DNA from: Octopus sinensis
Taxonomy: Eukaryota
NCBI RefSeq assembly: GCF_006345805.1
Contig: NC_043007.1
Location: forward strand, 31,124,001-31,188,000
DNA length: 64,000 bases
Reading direction: 5' to 3'
Under the pieces are notes generated by a model, which saw only the letters and a program-made list of their open reading frames with translations, had not been told where the DNA came from and did no database searches. The number at the start of each line of letters is the position of its first letter. The stretch's first letter is position 1. Of this stretch, positions 37,506 through 51,630 are shown in pieces. Both the position numbers and the translations under genes were made by a program.

Positions 37506-38520
37506 GTAAGCACAGGTTGAACGCTTCTGGTTCCTTTTTGTCCACTTTTTATGTAATCTTGTCTTATATTTGAGCCTATTATTTTTATGTGTTTTTTTTT
37601 TTTAATATTTTTGTTCTTATTTTGGCTCTTGCAGTCGAAAGACTATTATTTGGTTTGCTTATTATATATTAAAATAGTTATGAATCTAAATTACCTGTTT
37701 TGTTATTGGTGCTAAGTCTTTGATTTTAGTTTTGAGTTGCATGTCTTTGGTATTCTCTCCATTTATGGCATGAGAAACTAGGAATTACTGTAAATTTGAT
37801 ATCAGGTTAGCAATTATATTTGTGGTCTGCTTCCTCCCTTAAAAACTTTTTCTAATTACAAAGCGGCAGGTGTAAATAAATACATGGCTATTAATTTTAC
37901 CCATTCCCCAGACCTCTCCCTGCCACTTTAAACAGGATTCTGCCAATTTTGTGGATTAATTTTTTTTTTATATATAAAATGACTTAATAAATCAAATTTT
38001 TACCTAATATATATAAATATTTCTCCATAGTGATTTTCTTTCCTCGCTCGCACAATGTTATAATTCATGAATGCACTAACCATTGCTATGGCTGCCTTTT
38101 CATTTATTAGACAAGTTTTTAGCAGAAAGTATTCTGTTTCTGTCTATAGTGTTTCTCTCTCCTGTGTGTGTGTGTGTGTGTGTAAATAAACTGCATCCTG
38201 TTGAACAAAATATTAACTATTTAAGTAAAAACCATTATTGCTGATTTCTCTTGTATGTACACGGTTTATATTTGTTGAACTGGTGTCCTCATCTTGATGG
38301 TTGCTTTTGCTACTTTTCAGCTGTTGTACATTCCAGCCTTCTTCAGATCTCTTCTGTTGAACTTGGTTCTATCAGAATTTTGAGCCTAACCCTTTATTTG
38401 ACCCACGGGGGTACACTGTTCTCATTCTGCTCTCTGCATTTTGTGACATCTTTTGTGAATTAGTACCATGGATCAAATAGTGTTAAGTTCAAAATTTTGA
38501 TACAACTGAGTTCAACCGAA

Positions 38521-38565
38521 AACATCTGAAGAAGGCTGGAGCATACAACAGCCAAAATGTAGTGA
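38521..38565 (+). mobile_element. Decayed Penelope-type hammerhead-like motif
   Basis: CTGAAGA-A-GGCTG-loop-CAGCC-AAAA. The catalytic G of GAAA is replaced by A. Confidence 0.35.
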
Positions 38566-39404
38566 AAGCAACAATCAAGATGAGGATATCAGTCTGACTA
38601 ATTAATATAAGCAGTATGCATAATATAATTCCCTCATCTCAGGAATATAGAATTGATTTCTTTCCTTTCCTACAGGTGTTTTAAAGATGCTTTTAGTGTG
38701 GCTGAAGAATATGTCTAGTAGTAACCAGTCATGGTTTTAGCTTTTAGATTTTTAAACATTTCTGTGACTTATTTTCCTTTTAATCACTAGAGTTTTCCTT
38801 TTCCAGATTTCACATATCTAGTAAGTTTACTAATAAAAAAAATTAACCCATCATTAAACATATTGATTGTTATGACTGAAATCCTATCTCTAATCACTGA
38901 CCAATTTTAAACAATTCAAATTTATAAAGATAATAGAATGTAAAATAATATAACTATTATTATTTTTTTTCTCCTTTATGTGTGTGTGTGTGTGTGTGTG
39001 TCTTTTACATATTGCTATAATACGAAAAAAAAAAACATTTAAAATTCTGCATTGTTGTGGGATTAGCTACTAACTAAAAAAGAACAAAGATTGGCAACTG
39101 TCTTTGTGATGTAATTATTATCCATATCCCAGATACTTAGCATAGATAAACAAAGCTTATTAAGTCGTTGAATTTGACAAAATTTTTTCGATCCCAGTTT
39201 TATGTGACCCTTCTCCAACCCAATTCCTATTTTTTCATTTTGTTTATGCTGATTCTGCTTTGTCCATTTTAAGTTCCATATTCTTTCTTTCTTCTGTATA
39301 TTTTTGCATATGTTTTATTTACAAAATATGCTGCTAGTAAAGAAATCCAGTTAGCTTTCAGTAGGAACTTACATTATTCTAAGAACCTTTATTCTTAATT
39401 TTAG

Positions 39405-39462
39405 AATAAAACCAAGAAAGCCTACTGATGATGTTCCCCGTACAGTGCCCTGCCCTCATAAG
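39405..39462 (+). CDS. YY1: YY1 exon 3 (RIKPRKPTDDVPRTVPCPHK)
   Basis: Similar to vertebrate [20 protein letters not shown]. Acceptor ttttag|A, donor AAG|gtaacc; 58 nt, phase 2 to 0. Confidence 0.92.
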
Positions 39463-40111
39463 GTAACCACTTTTTTTTTCTTTTTGTCTCTGTAAATAAC
39501 AATAACCTTCAATTAATTGATATTAAAAAAAAATTCCTAATTTGAAGAGAAGAGATGTTGACTGTAATATTTTCATCCAACTTGCATCCTTTAGCAGTAT
39601 CAGACACAGCTCATTAATTATAACTGGCTTTCTGTTTTTTATGAAGTTTAAGCATTGTTGAGCTAGGGTTATTCTGTAGTTTTAAAGTAGATCTCACAGG
39701 CAAATACATACAAGCAGTCATATGTGGTTGCAAAGAGAGAGTAAGCTCTCAGAACTGATACTTGGAAGGGGAATGTATATTAAAATTGCTTACAGGGAAT
39801 GGTTCCCTGACACAGTACCTGAAGATGCTACTGTCATTATAGTAACTCATCTTAAATTTTAAAGAAGTATATATTTCAGAATTGGTAGTGTTGGATAAAT
39901 ACCTTCTTATATTTGGTTATATTTGTGAGTTCAAATCCCACCCTGATTGACTTTGCTTATCATCGTTAAAATAAATAAGCAGTCTACAATCATGATTGAC
40001 TGAACTCTTATAGGTATTGCACATGAATGGGTTGACTTAAACAACTGGGACCGGCAAAAATAATATTAGTTTTGTTTTGTGAATTTTTATTAAAAAATTT
40101 CTTACAAATAA

Positions 40112-40480
40112 GGTGCAGGAGTGGCTGTGCGGTAAGAACCTTGCTTCCCAACCACATGGTTCCGGGTTCAGTCCCACTGCGTGGCACCTTGAGCAAGTGT
40201 CTTCTACTTTAACCTTGAGCCAACCAGAGCCTTGTGAGTGGATATGGGAAACGGAAACTGAAAGAAGCCCGTCATGTGTGTGTGTGAGTCTTTGTTTGAC
40301 CCCGCCCATTGCTTGACAACCAATTGTGTGTTTATGTCCCTGTAACTTAGCGGCTCAGCAAAAAAGGATCGATAAAATAAATATTAGGCTTACAAAGAAT
40401 AGGTCCCGGGGTCGATTTGTTTGACTAAAGGCAGTGCTCCAGCATGGCAGCAGTCAAATGACTGAAACAAGTAAAAGAAT
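40112..40480 (+). mobile_element. SINE-A in YY1 intron 3
   Basis: Full copy, moderately diverged. Confidence 0.85.
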
Positions 40481-41505
40481 AAATGAATAAATACAAATAT
40501 AAAAGGTGATTCACATTGTATTTTAAAGTAAAGTTGTCAGGCTCAGTCCCACTGCATGGTATTGTGGTCTACTTCTATCACCCTGGGCCAACCTAAGCCT
40601 TCTGTGTGGATTTGATAGATACTAAAAGAAGCCTGTTGTTGTACATATATATATAGTGTGAGTGTTGCTGTCTCGTTATCTTGAGCAGTGTCCTTCATTT
40701 CCAGTCTCCCATGGAAACAAGCCTGGTCATGTAGAATTATTACCTTGGAAACAAGACAGGAAAGGCATCCAGCCATAGAAAACCTGTTTCAACAAATTCT
40801 GTCTGACCCATGCCAGCATGGAAAAGCAGACGTTAGAAGATGATGATAATGATGAATGCATAAAGACATTATTGAGCTGTTGTGTCAACATCTCAGGCCA
40901 TTGTCTCAACAGGTTCTAAAATCTTAAAAGTTATTTCTATGAATTATGAGCTTTCTCGTTGTGCTAGTTTGTGTTTACGACCAAATCAGAATAAGCTTTC
41001 TTTCTAAATTTACATTCTAAAATACTTGTAAAATTGTCTTTGGTGCAATCTCAAAGTACCTCTGGACAGCATGATTAATTCTTAAGAGCAAAATTAAATT
41101 CCATGAGTATTCCAGTAATCATTAAAAATATCTACCAAGAAATAGAATTGGTATTTTCTGCTTCAATAAATTTGACATATCCTGGCAAAAAAAAAATTTC
41201 AAACATGATATTCTACATCAAATTAGTATATATATAATCAAAATAAGCAACAAGTATATCCGAGGTAATGTGGTACAATTGTTTCATGCTACTTCATTTT
41301 ATTAAACACTAAGTATTACATGAGTTTTAAAATGTCGAGCAATCTTCAGCCAATTATAGAAATTTTCCAATCAAACGGACAATGCACATCCTTATCTCTA
41401 TTTCGTTTGCCAACATTATAAAGAGGGTGTATATACACACATATACTTGTATGCCTTTATCCTTACCACAGGTAAGGATAAAGGCATATTATCAGGTAAC
41501 TTTGA

Positions 41506-41769
<264 letters not shown>

Positions 41770-42201
41770 TAAATTACTTAGACATTTAGTATTTCTTGAC
41801 TAGAGCTGAAAATCTACATATCTTTGCTAAAAATGGAATTAAAACAAAATGTCGCTCGTGTGCATCCTCAATCTAAATCTCCTTTTATTTTTCTTTTACA
41901 AATTTTTACCATTTTTTATATATCTTCGTGGCAGCCATTGGTAGTGAATGGTAATCGGGTTAGATAGTTGAAGGGAGATAATTCTGTTGGTCTGAGTGAT
42001 GTTTTGGTGTGGAAAAGGCATTATTTTGGATTGTGGGGGAAAAAAGCCTGGCCTATAAACTGAGAGGCTGTGAGCCTAGATTTATTTATTTACAGGATTT
42101 ATTATAGAATTATTACTTTTGGTACAGTTTTGCTTTGATGGATAACTCACCAAATACTTTTAAAACCATGCTGTTCTTATCTGCTGCAGACCAGTGCATT
42201 G

Positions 42202-42242
<41 letters not shown>

Positions 42243-42783
42243 TCATGTAGCTGCAGTTATTGATTTCCTCTGGAATATAAATCTCTCAGCACAAAGATTA
42301 GTCAGGGTTGGTGACAGGAATTGTATCTTGTAGAAATCATGTCATACTAGAATGGAAAACAGCTGGTAACCCTTTTGATACTAAATCGTGTATGTGTATA
42401 CACACAAACACATATATATGAAAGCTGTCATATTTCTGCTTCTTGCATGAGTTTGTTTGAACTTAAAAAGACAATGTCATGTTGTTTATATTCCCAATGA
42501 ACATTACAGGATGTAGCTATGCACTTTTAAAGTTCCCAGCCAATCCATAGATTGGACTCTGAATCCAACGATCCGAGTTCATGTCTCGGTGAGACCTTAT
42601 ATACTTTAACAGCGGTGCATCAGCATGGCCGCAGTTCTGAGCTGAAACTAGAGAGGAGAAAAAGAAAAGTATAACAGTGATTCCTCGGGTTAATTTGCTG
42701 GCAGGTAGATGTGGACATGTAATATATAAAACTCTGGTGATGTCACCTTTGATCTTTGCTAAAAGTTAAATGCAGTAATATAA

Positions 42784-43083
<300 letters not shown>

Positions 43084-43233
43084 TAAAAAAAAAAATTGCC
43101 TTTAATGAATGTAGCAAACACCTTGTTTATCAATTAGCAGAGCTTCTCTACAGATTTTCTCTTTTGATTATTGTTGATAGCTTAATGTCAAACGATGTAT
43201 TGCTTTTACTCATATATGCTTTAACATTTGCAG

Positions 43234-43296
43234 AACGAGATGTGCAGATGAACTGAATTTAATGCAGGGAATTGGCATATGTAGTTATGATGATGG
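43234..43296 (+). CDS. YY1: Candidate YY1 exon 6 (TRCADELNLMQGIGICSYDD)
   Basis: Acceptor acatttgcag|A and donor GG|gtaagt. 63 nt, phase 2-2, open in frame after exon 5. Confidence 0.5.
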
Positions 43297-45474
43297 GTAA
43301 GTTTCCTTGTGTTTTAAGCATCATCATTTTCTTTTTAATTAATTACACTCCATTGTTATAACTGTGTTGTGTTTCATTTAATTTTCTATTTGTTTTTGTC
43401 ATTTGGTAATGTTCTCTTCTTTCTAATGAGTTTTTGTTTTCTTTTTGGACATGTGTACAGGATGATATTTTCCTAAAAATATTGTTTTTTTTATAAGTTT
43501 CAGCTGAGTAAACTTTGTTCTTTTTATATTATTTATTTCTGATGCAAAGAAAAAGAAACTCACAGTGAAATATATGTATATCTTAGATTATAAAACACTT
43601 CATATCAAATAAGATAATGTGTAAGGTTTTAAATAATGTATATATACCAGCAAAGAAAAAGCAGATCCAAAAGCGATGATTTATATATATTAGCATATTT
43701 TGTAAAATAGATGTTGGTATAATAAACATCATAGCAATTAGTAATGCCACAGTTAGTTTCAATTTAAAAGCGATAATTCTGTTTTCACTCATACTACTTT
43801 GTTTGCAATTAATCAGGGCCTTGAATATTAAATTTTTAATCTAGTAATAGAATTTCAGTTTACATAGCTTGTGTCAATGCTTAACTTTTTTTTTTAATGA
43901 ATAAGTCTGCTGTAAATCATATACTTGGATAGAATTAAATTCCATTTTTATATACTAAATTTAAAAAAATCTGTTATAAATTCTGTATTGAGACTTGTGT
44001 ATAAATTCTAGTATTTGTGTAGGGATTTAGAGCAAGAGTTTTATATTTAGATGCTTTACACGTCATCATTAGGGATGTATGCTTATTTTTCAGTTAGGTA
44101 GATAAAAGTGGGTGGTATGCTTCCCAAAAGGGTTCTAGATAATGCCCCCCCCCCCTATTTTTGTACAGTTCAAGAATTATTAACATTAGTTAAATTTAAG
44201 TATTTCATGTTTTTAATCTCCAAATGAAATAGTTTGGTAGCTCTAATAGAAATTTAAACCTGAAATAAACTCTATCAAATTAATTACTCATCAACATGCT
44301 AGCTACACAAGTTAACAATCATTCTCACACTTTGTCTTCTTTTGAGGCTACAACTTGTTTCTCAGAATCACCTATTTTTGGCAAATAGCATGTACTTGCA
44401 TTCACTTAATAATCTTATGTGCTGAATTTTTAATCCTTTGCACGGCACATTGCCTCAAGACACCTCTCTGGTTGTTTTGCAAACTGCTTGCAATGGCCTT
44501 AACCTGAAACTTTTCTGCCAAATATTCTCTGAACTTTGTGCACAGTACAGTGTGTACAAAGCCCTGTTAGGTTAACATAACATTTAGTATCTATATCCAT
44601 TCTGTAAAACCAAATCATCTTCACTCTCATGCTTGAAGTGCACGCATTCCTGACCAAATTAATTGTTAGCAATTTCTTTCTGCTGGGGTGAAACTCTTTC
44701 TAACTTAGACATTTTGGAGTGGTCAGAGTCAAGTTTCATACTCAATTTGAGTGTAAAATAGCTTCTTTAATTCACATTATCTGGTAACAGTTTCAATTCA
44801 TCTGTTATGAATAATTTGGAGAGAATTTATTATAATTGCTAATTATTAATGAAATCTCATTTTCATACTAGTTTTCAATGCATTATTATTTTCTATATTT
44901 TACAAAATTCATTTCCCATTTGCTACTCTTTTTCAATCAAATTTCAATACCTTCTTTGCCTGTGATCTATCTCAAATCCAATCTTGCTTGCATTCAAAAT
45001 TTCTCACTCTCTATCAACATGAATACATTGACAAAACCTGTGGCCTTTTTATTATTTAAAAAAAATTTTTTTTTTTTTAGGTCACATGCATTTCAACTGA
45101 TCCTAAAATTTACAATTTAAAATTATTATAAAAATGGTTCAAACTTTGATCTGAAGAAATCCCATTTTGCTTAAGAAACATTGAAAATATTCAGTTTGAT
45201 CAAGTTGTAAATTCATATTCAATTCAGACTTGTGTCTAATTCAGCAATTTGTTTATAGGCATAGTACCATTCCTTGAATACCAGTTTGTAGAGTCACCTT
45301 GTATTTGATCTGTCATTCCTAATTCGAAGCTGATGTTGATGCCTTCACCTGTCCTTGTATAGTGTTCATTTTATTTGAATGCAAAAGTTCAATTCCTTCT
45401 CATCCACCATTTATTTTCTGTAGGTTTTGGAAACTATAACAATTGGCAATTACGTTATAAGAATCATCATATAG

Positions 45475-46040
45475 TGTCTGTTGTCAATGCTGGCATGGGT
45501 TGGATGGTTTGACCAGGGCTGGTAGGCTGGGGAGCTTCACTAGACTCCAGCCTGGTTTGGCTTGGTTTCTATGGCTGGATGCCCTTCCTAACACCAACCA
45601 CTCTGATTTTACATGCCACCAGCACGGGTGCTTGTTGCATGGCACCAGTATCTGCAGAAAAGCATATTTATTTTGGCTTCCTGTGCTGGTGGAATGCAGT
45701 AAGCACCATGCATACTTGGGTCATTGCCAGTGCCACCTGACTGGCTCCCCGTGCCGGTGACAGGTAAAAAACACCATCCTAACATGGTCGATGCCAGGCT
45801 CCCCGTGCCAGTAGCACATAAAAAGCACCATCCGAATGTGGCCGATGCCAGTGCTGCCTGACTGGCACATAAAAAGCACCCACTACACTTTCAGAGTGGT
45901 TGGCATTAGGAAGGGCATCAAGCTGTAGAAACACTGCCAGATAAGATTGGAGCCTGGTGTGGCCTCCTGGCTTGCCAGTCCCCAGTCAAACCATCTAACC
46001 CATGCTAGCATGGAAAACGGACATTAAATGATGATGATGG
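45475..46040. mobile_element. Inverted SINE-B pair (minus copy fused to plus copy)
   Basis: Tails point outward at both ends. Confidence 0.8.
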
Positions 46041-46344
46041 TTGTTAGTTGTTTTTGTTTAGTATATAGAATATAGAAAGGTCAAAAGAAATACTGTGAGG
46101 CTATCTACATAGGTTCTTTAATAGCAATCCTTTAAGTAAGAAAAACAATATCTTCAGATATTTATGGACTTGAAATGCTATAATCGTTTCTTAAAGATTG
46201 TGATTATTCCCACATTGCTGTCTTCTGAGGAATTAGGTTTTGTTTATATTTTAAAATAAGGTGAAAGCAATGATGAAGGGATCTCATAGGTAATCATTAT
46301 TGAATAGAATAACCAAAACAACCTGCATAGACTCTCATAATTTA

Positions 46345-46640
46345 CATTGTCATCTTTTGTCGTGGCCGATGACAGTACCACCTGATTGGCACCTGTGCCA
46401 GTGGCACGTAAAAAGCACCATTTGAGCGTTGTCTTTGCCAGTGCTGCCTGACTGGCCCCTGTGCCAGTGACATGTAAAAAGCACCCACTACACTCTTGGA
46501 GTGGTTGGCGTTAGGAAGGGCATCCAGCTGTAGAAACACTGCCAGATCAGACTGAAGCCTTCTGGCTTGCCAGTCCCCAGTCAAACCGTCCAACCCATGC
46601 CAGCGTGGAAAGAGGACGTTAAACGACAATGATGACGATG
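46345..46640 (+). mobile_element. SINE-B
   Basis: Family match. Confidence 0.85.
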
Positions 46641-49600
46641 TCTATTTTTAAATGTTAATCTTGGAATACAGATTAGGTTTTTAGGCAGTTGAAAATCAAA
46701 CCTGCATTCATTTTTCATTAAAGATTTTATAAAGAAAATGTAAAATGTTTTTGTCAGTGATTTTTTTTTTTTTTTTTTTTTTTTTTTCAGTTCCTAAACT
46801 TAAACTTCTAAAATTGGAATTGGTTTTTCATTTTAATTCTTGTTTTATTATTTAGTTTAATTAATTCATTGTTTTACCTATTTATTTTTTTTTTTTATAA
46901 ATTTCAATTAGATTTCATACTTAGATGTTTGTTTTTCAATTTATTTTTTTACATCACTGTTCATAATACATAGTTTCTATGTTTCACTTTATTTTTTGAA
47001 TTTCAAGGTTTGCTCCTCTCTTTTCTTTATTAACTTTAGAATAAGTTTGGTTTAGTTCTATTTCTATACTGTAAACTCTTCTTATGATTTCTCTCCACAT
47101 TCTTGTGATTGGAATTTTTCTTTTAAATCTTTAAATACCGTAATCTGTTTTTGCATGGTATGTTTTATCTACTTCCCTTTTTCAAGCACTAAAACTGATT
47201 TAATAATTTTCTTTTTTTAATCTTTACTGTTTACATTGATCAAATAATTCAGTTATATATTTTTTTTCTCCTTCTAAACTAGATAGAAACCATAAAAATT
47301 GTTTTATCTTATGTTTTATTTAGCATACAAGTTGCTCTGTTTCGAAGTTAACCTTTTAGTTTAAAATTCCATAGAGGGGTTGGGGTTTTATTTTTCTGCA
47401 TGTTTACTTAAATGAAAATGATGCATTTTACGAGAAATTAGAATTGAAATCTGAACATTGTTCTGTTAGGCTTCCGGAATTAATGGTTTGAGGTTTCATT
47501 GTACACTAACCTCTCTCACTTCTGCTTGCCCCTTGCTTACTTTGCTTCAAGAAAATTACTTCAAAAGTATCGGTCGAGGGTGGATCTTGTGTTCCTTTTA
47601 AACTTTTTAGCCTGTTATTTCTGTGATGAGGCCATCGGGTATATGATGTATAATAATTTTATTCCACACTTACATACACACACAAACTACAAATGAAAAA
47701 GAAAAAAACCTTCTAAGTTGTGTGTTTAGAATGTTTGTATTATACAAATTGGTCCTCTTTTCTGTTTGGAAAGTTTTTTTTTTATTCCATCTTGAAGTAT
47801 GGAATGGATGGCTTTTTAAAAAAAATTTTTTAGTTCATTTCATTAGTGAGTTAAATTGCTAAATTTTGATTAGGTAATATATATTGGGTGTCGTTAGTTT
47901 ATTAAAAAGAGGAAAATTGTTAGTATTAATAATTCAAACATTGATTACTTTTTTAATAAAGAATTGAAATGAGATTGTATGCATATAATTGTCTGGTTCT
48001 TGATGAATGTAGCATTGGTTTGGTTCTAACCCTCATCAAACGGGTACTATTCATGTTTATAATTAGTGTTCACTTATAAAATAGTCATTAAAAAAATTTA
48101 CAAGTTTTAACTAATCTACATAAGAGAAGAAAATAATGGATAACGAATGCTTTAAATAACTGATTAGAGTTATGTAGTTGATTTGAGGTTTAGGCTTTGC
48201 AGTCGTTAAGAATATGAATTACTTTAAAAGTTGTTGATTTAATTACTATAAACAATTAAAAACAAACATGTCAGTATGATATTACTTTTCATTTTCTGAT
48301 TTAAATCAAAACGTTACCCAATCACTTGTAATATTTATGTTTTATATGTGTGCTGTGATTAATAAATGTTTAGAGTGCTGGACACAACTCATTATAGGTT
48401 TAAAACTTGACATTCCACTAGATTTATTGCTTTGCTTCAGTCAACTAACTTCACTGGCGGTCAGTACTATCATCCCTTCGTCAATACTGGATTATTAGCT
48501 CGAAGATGAGTATGCAGTGGTAGAAATACGATTGTATTTCTTGTAGATGTCAATAATGGAAACCTCTCTGACTCAAAATGCAAAAGATAATAAAATGCTG
48601 CTCGTGTTTCTTGTAATATCAGCTCTGTATTGTATGTTTAAACTGGTTGAAATAGCTGATTAATTAGTGCTAATTACTGATATCTTAGTGACCAAACTCT
48701 GCCTATCAGTAGAAACTGAATATGGATTTAAACAGGTTTGTTTTTACCTTGCTGTTGTTACAAAAGATTTAATGGGGATAGAGCAGTCACTGCTGAATTC
48801 AGTCCGTACCGACTTTGTAATCGCTTAGTCTTAGGATGAGCAATAGCATTATCTTACAGTCGCCTGGTGGAGGTAACTGGTTGAAGGTAGATGAGGCAGT
48901 TCAAGTTGTATTGTTACAGATTGTTGGGAAAATGCAAACAGACGGGGAGTTACAGAATGATCTGAGAAAAATGATGAGTATAAGATTAGGGGATATTACT
49001 GAGTGAAACTGACAGGAAGATAGAGATGGCTTGTAGAGCCGAGATTGATGATACTTGTAGAAGGGACCGGGAAAAGCTCGGTGGTGGCGAAGTGTTATGG
49101 ATGTAAAAACTTTGTTGGGTCTGTTATCTTAGTATACAATAGTATCAGGTGAATGTGGTAAATTTGAATGAAAAGAACGGGTTTGTTGTGGGTGGAGTCC
49201 AGTTTATATATTTATATATAACAATTTTTTTTTAATTTTAAGAATGTAGTGGATCCATATATTCAATTAATTAGTTCAGGCTGGGTTTAATGAGACTGCG
49301 CATTTTATATTGTTTGCATTTTAAAGGTTTTGCTCAGAGTTCTTTTCTGATTGTCCTCTCGGTGATATGCAGATATTATCCTATATATATATATACTCTT
49401 TATATTATTTGTATATATTATTTATATTTCATTATTTTATATATTGGCATTGTTTTTTCTTGCAATAGCTTTAGTTTTATATATCTTATGTACAATTGTA
49501 TTTAATATGTGTGCACATGTATACACACACACACACACACACACACACTCTCTCTCTCTCATACACACACACACACACACACACGTGTACATTTTAAATT

Positions 49601-51241
49601 CTCAGCCACAGAGTTTTCTTTAACTCTCTTTCAAAGAAATGACATAATGTGAAATCATGTTTACACCAGGCCTGTTTTTCTCTGTAGGAGTGAATTGCTT
49701 ATGCTCTAGTCCACGGTGCTCACGTCGGCGAGCCTGAGACACCACAAGCCCCCTGAATTTAATGGTTTGTGTCCAACTTTCCTCGAAGATTCTAAAACTT
49801 CTGATAGTTCTGCTTTTTGTATTGTTCTTCAATCTGGTTTAAAAGGCATTTATTCCAGCAGCATGAAGTTTTGATGTAGATGTCTTTCTCACTCCACCTT
49901 TCTCAATATTAATTTTGGCTTTCAAGTGTTGCATGATCTGAATCTTGACTATATATTATTATTATTATTATTGATATCTCTTGGCTTTTATATTACTTAT
50001 CAGCTATGCATGTTATAAGTCAGAAGTCAGTCAGCTTTGTCATATATGAACTGCTTTCTACCAGTCTGCTTTATATAACCATTTATTTTTCTATCTTTTT
50101 TTGTGTTTTATTTATTTCTATAACCACCTGCTATTTTTACATTTAGAAACATGGGCATTCTATTTTTAATAACATTTTTGGGGAGCTATACAGTAGTTTG
50201 TGGGATATTAACTGTTGTATTCTGATTTCCACTCCCTTTTTTTTTATTTAATAATTTTGTCTGTTTTATTTATTTATTAAAGGGGTGATTTTTTAAAAAT
50301 ATTTAATTTGGCACAGGGCCAATCTTTCTAGAGAAGGGAGTGTAGTCAACAAACCAGTCCAACATATCATCATTATTATTAATTTTATCGACCCTGAAGA
50401 GATGAGATTTAAAGTTGACTCCTGTGGGTGTGGTTTATTTATTGATCTTTTTTTTTTTTTTTTTATATTAATTGCTAAAGAGGTAATATTTGACTTGAGC
50501 AGTTTATTTGTTATATTCTTCATTATTGTTTTGCTGAGACCTTACTTTTAATAGGAATGTATATATATATGTATATATAATCCTTTCTAAGCCTAAATAT
50601 AAATATCTCTTGATAGTCTTTAGTTATTGTTTGTATTGCAAAGTTAATTGTTATTAAATCTAATTTTGTAAACCTACTTTTAGATTTCGTCTCCCTGTTA
50701 TAATGCAAAAAACTTGTTGCTTTCAATAATTCTGCTTTTTTTGTTATTATGTTTATATTTTTGTGATTAAATAAGTTGGCTTTTAATGTCATAGTTCTTG
50801 CTTGATACTGTTGTTTCAGAATATAACCTACTCCCAGTACATGAAAACACACATACTCTCACACACACACACACGTATAAATAAAAAAGAATTACTTCTC
50901 AAATGTGCTTGGATTGGGTTGATGTAAATGAGATTAATTAACAATATTAACAATTCATTTATTGATATTGCAACTTCAAAAAGTAATCATAACTTTTGAC
51001 CCTCCTATTAAGGTCTCTAAACTCAAGAAGCTTCCTGCTGGAAAATACTGTATATGTAAGTATTTTGTTTTTAATTAAAAGTGATTTTTCAGTTGATTTG
51101 GAAAAATTTGGAATGTGTGTGTGAATGTCTGAACAAAAAATGAAACTTCAGAAATATATTTAATTTGATATTTCGTCTAATTCTTTAAAAAAAAAAAACC
51201 ATGTCCACAACTGCTAGTGTTTAAATTGAAACTTAAATATA

Positions 51242-51389
51242 GGCGCAGGAGTGGCTATTTGGTAAGTAGCTTGCTAACCAACCACATGGTTCCGGGTTCA
51301 GTTCCACTGCGTGGCATCTTGGGCAAGTGTCTTCTGCTATAGCCCCGGGCCGACCAATGCCGAAACTGAAAGAAGCCTGTCGTATATAT

Positions 51390-51427
<38 letters not shown>

Positions 51428-51630
51428 ATGTCTGTGTTTGTCCCCCTAGAATTGCTTGACAACCGATGCTGGTGTGTTTACTTCCCTGTCACTTAGCGGT
51501 TCGGCAAAGGAGACCGATAGAATAAGTACTGGGCTTACAAAGAATAAGTCCCGGGGTCGATTTGCTCGACTAAAAGCGGTGCTCCGGCATGGCCGCAGTC
51601 AAATGACTGAAACAAGTAAAAGAATAAAAG
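51242..51630 (+). mobile_element. SINE-A with an internal deletion
   Basis: Family match; lacks the GTGAGTGGATTTGGTAGAC segment. Confidence 0.85.
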
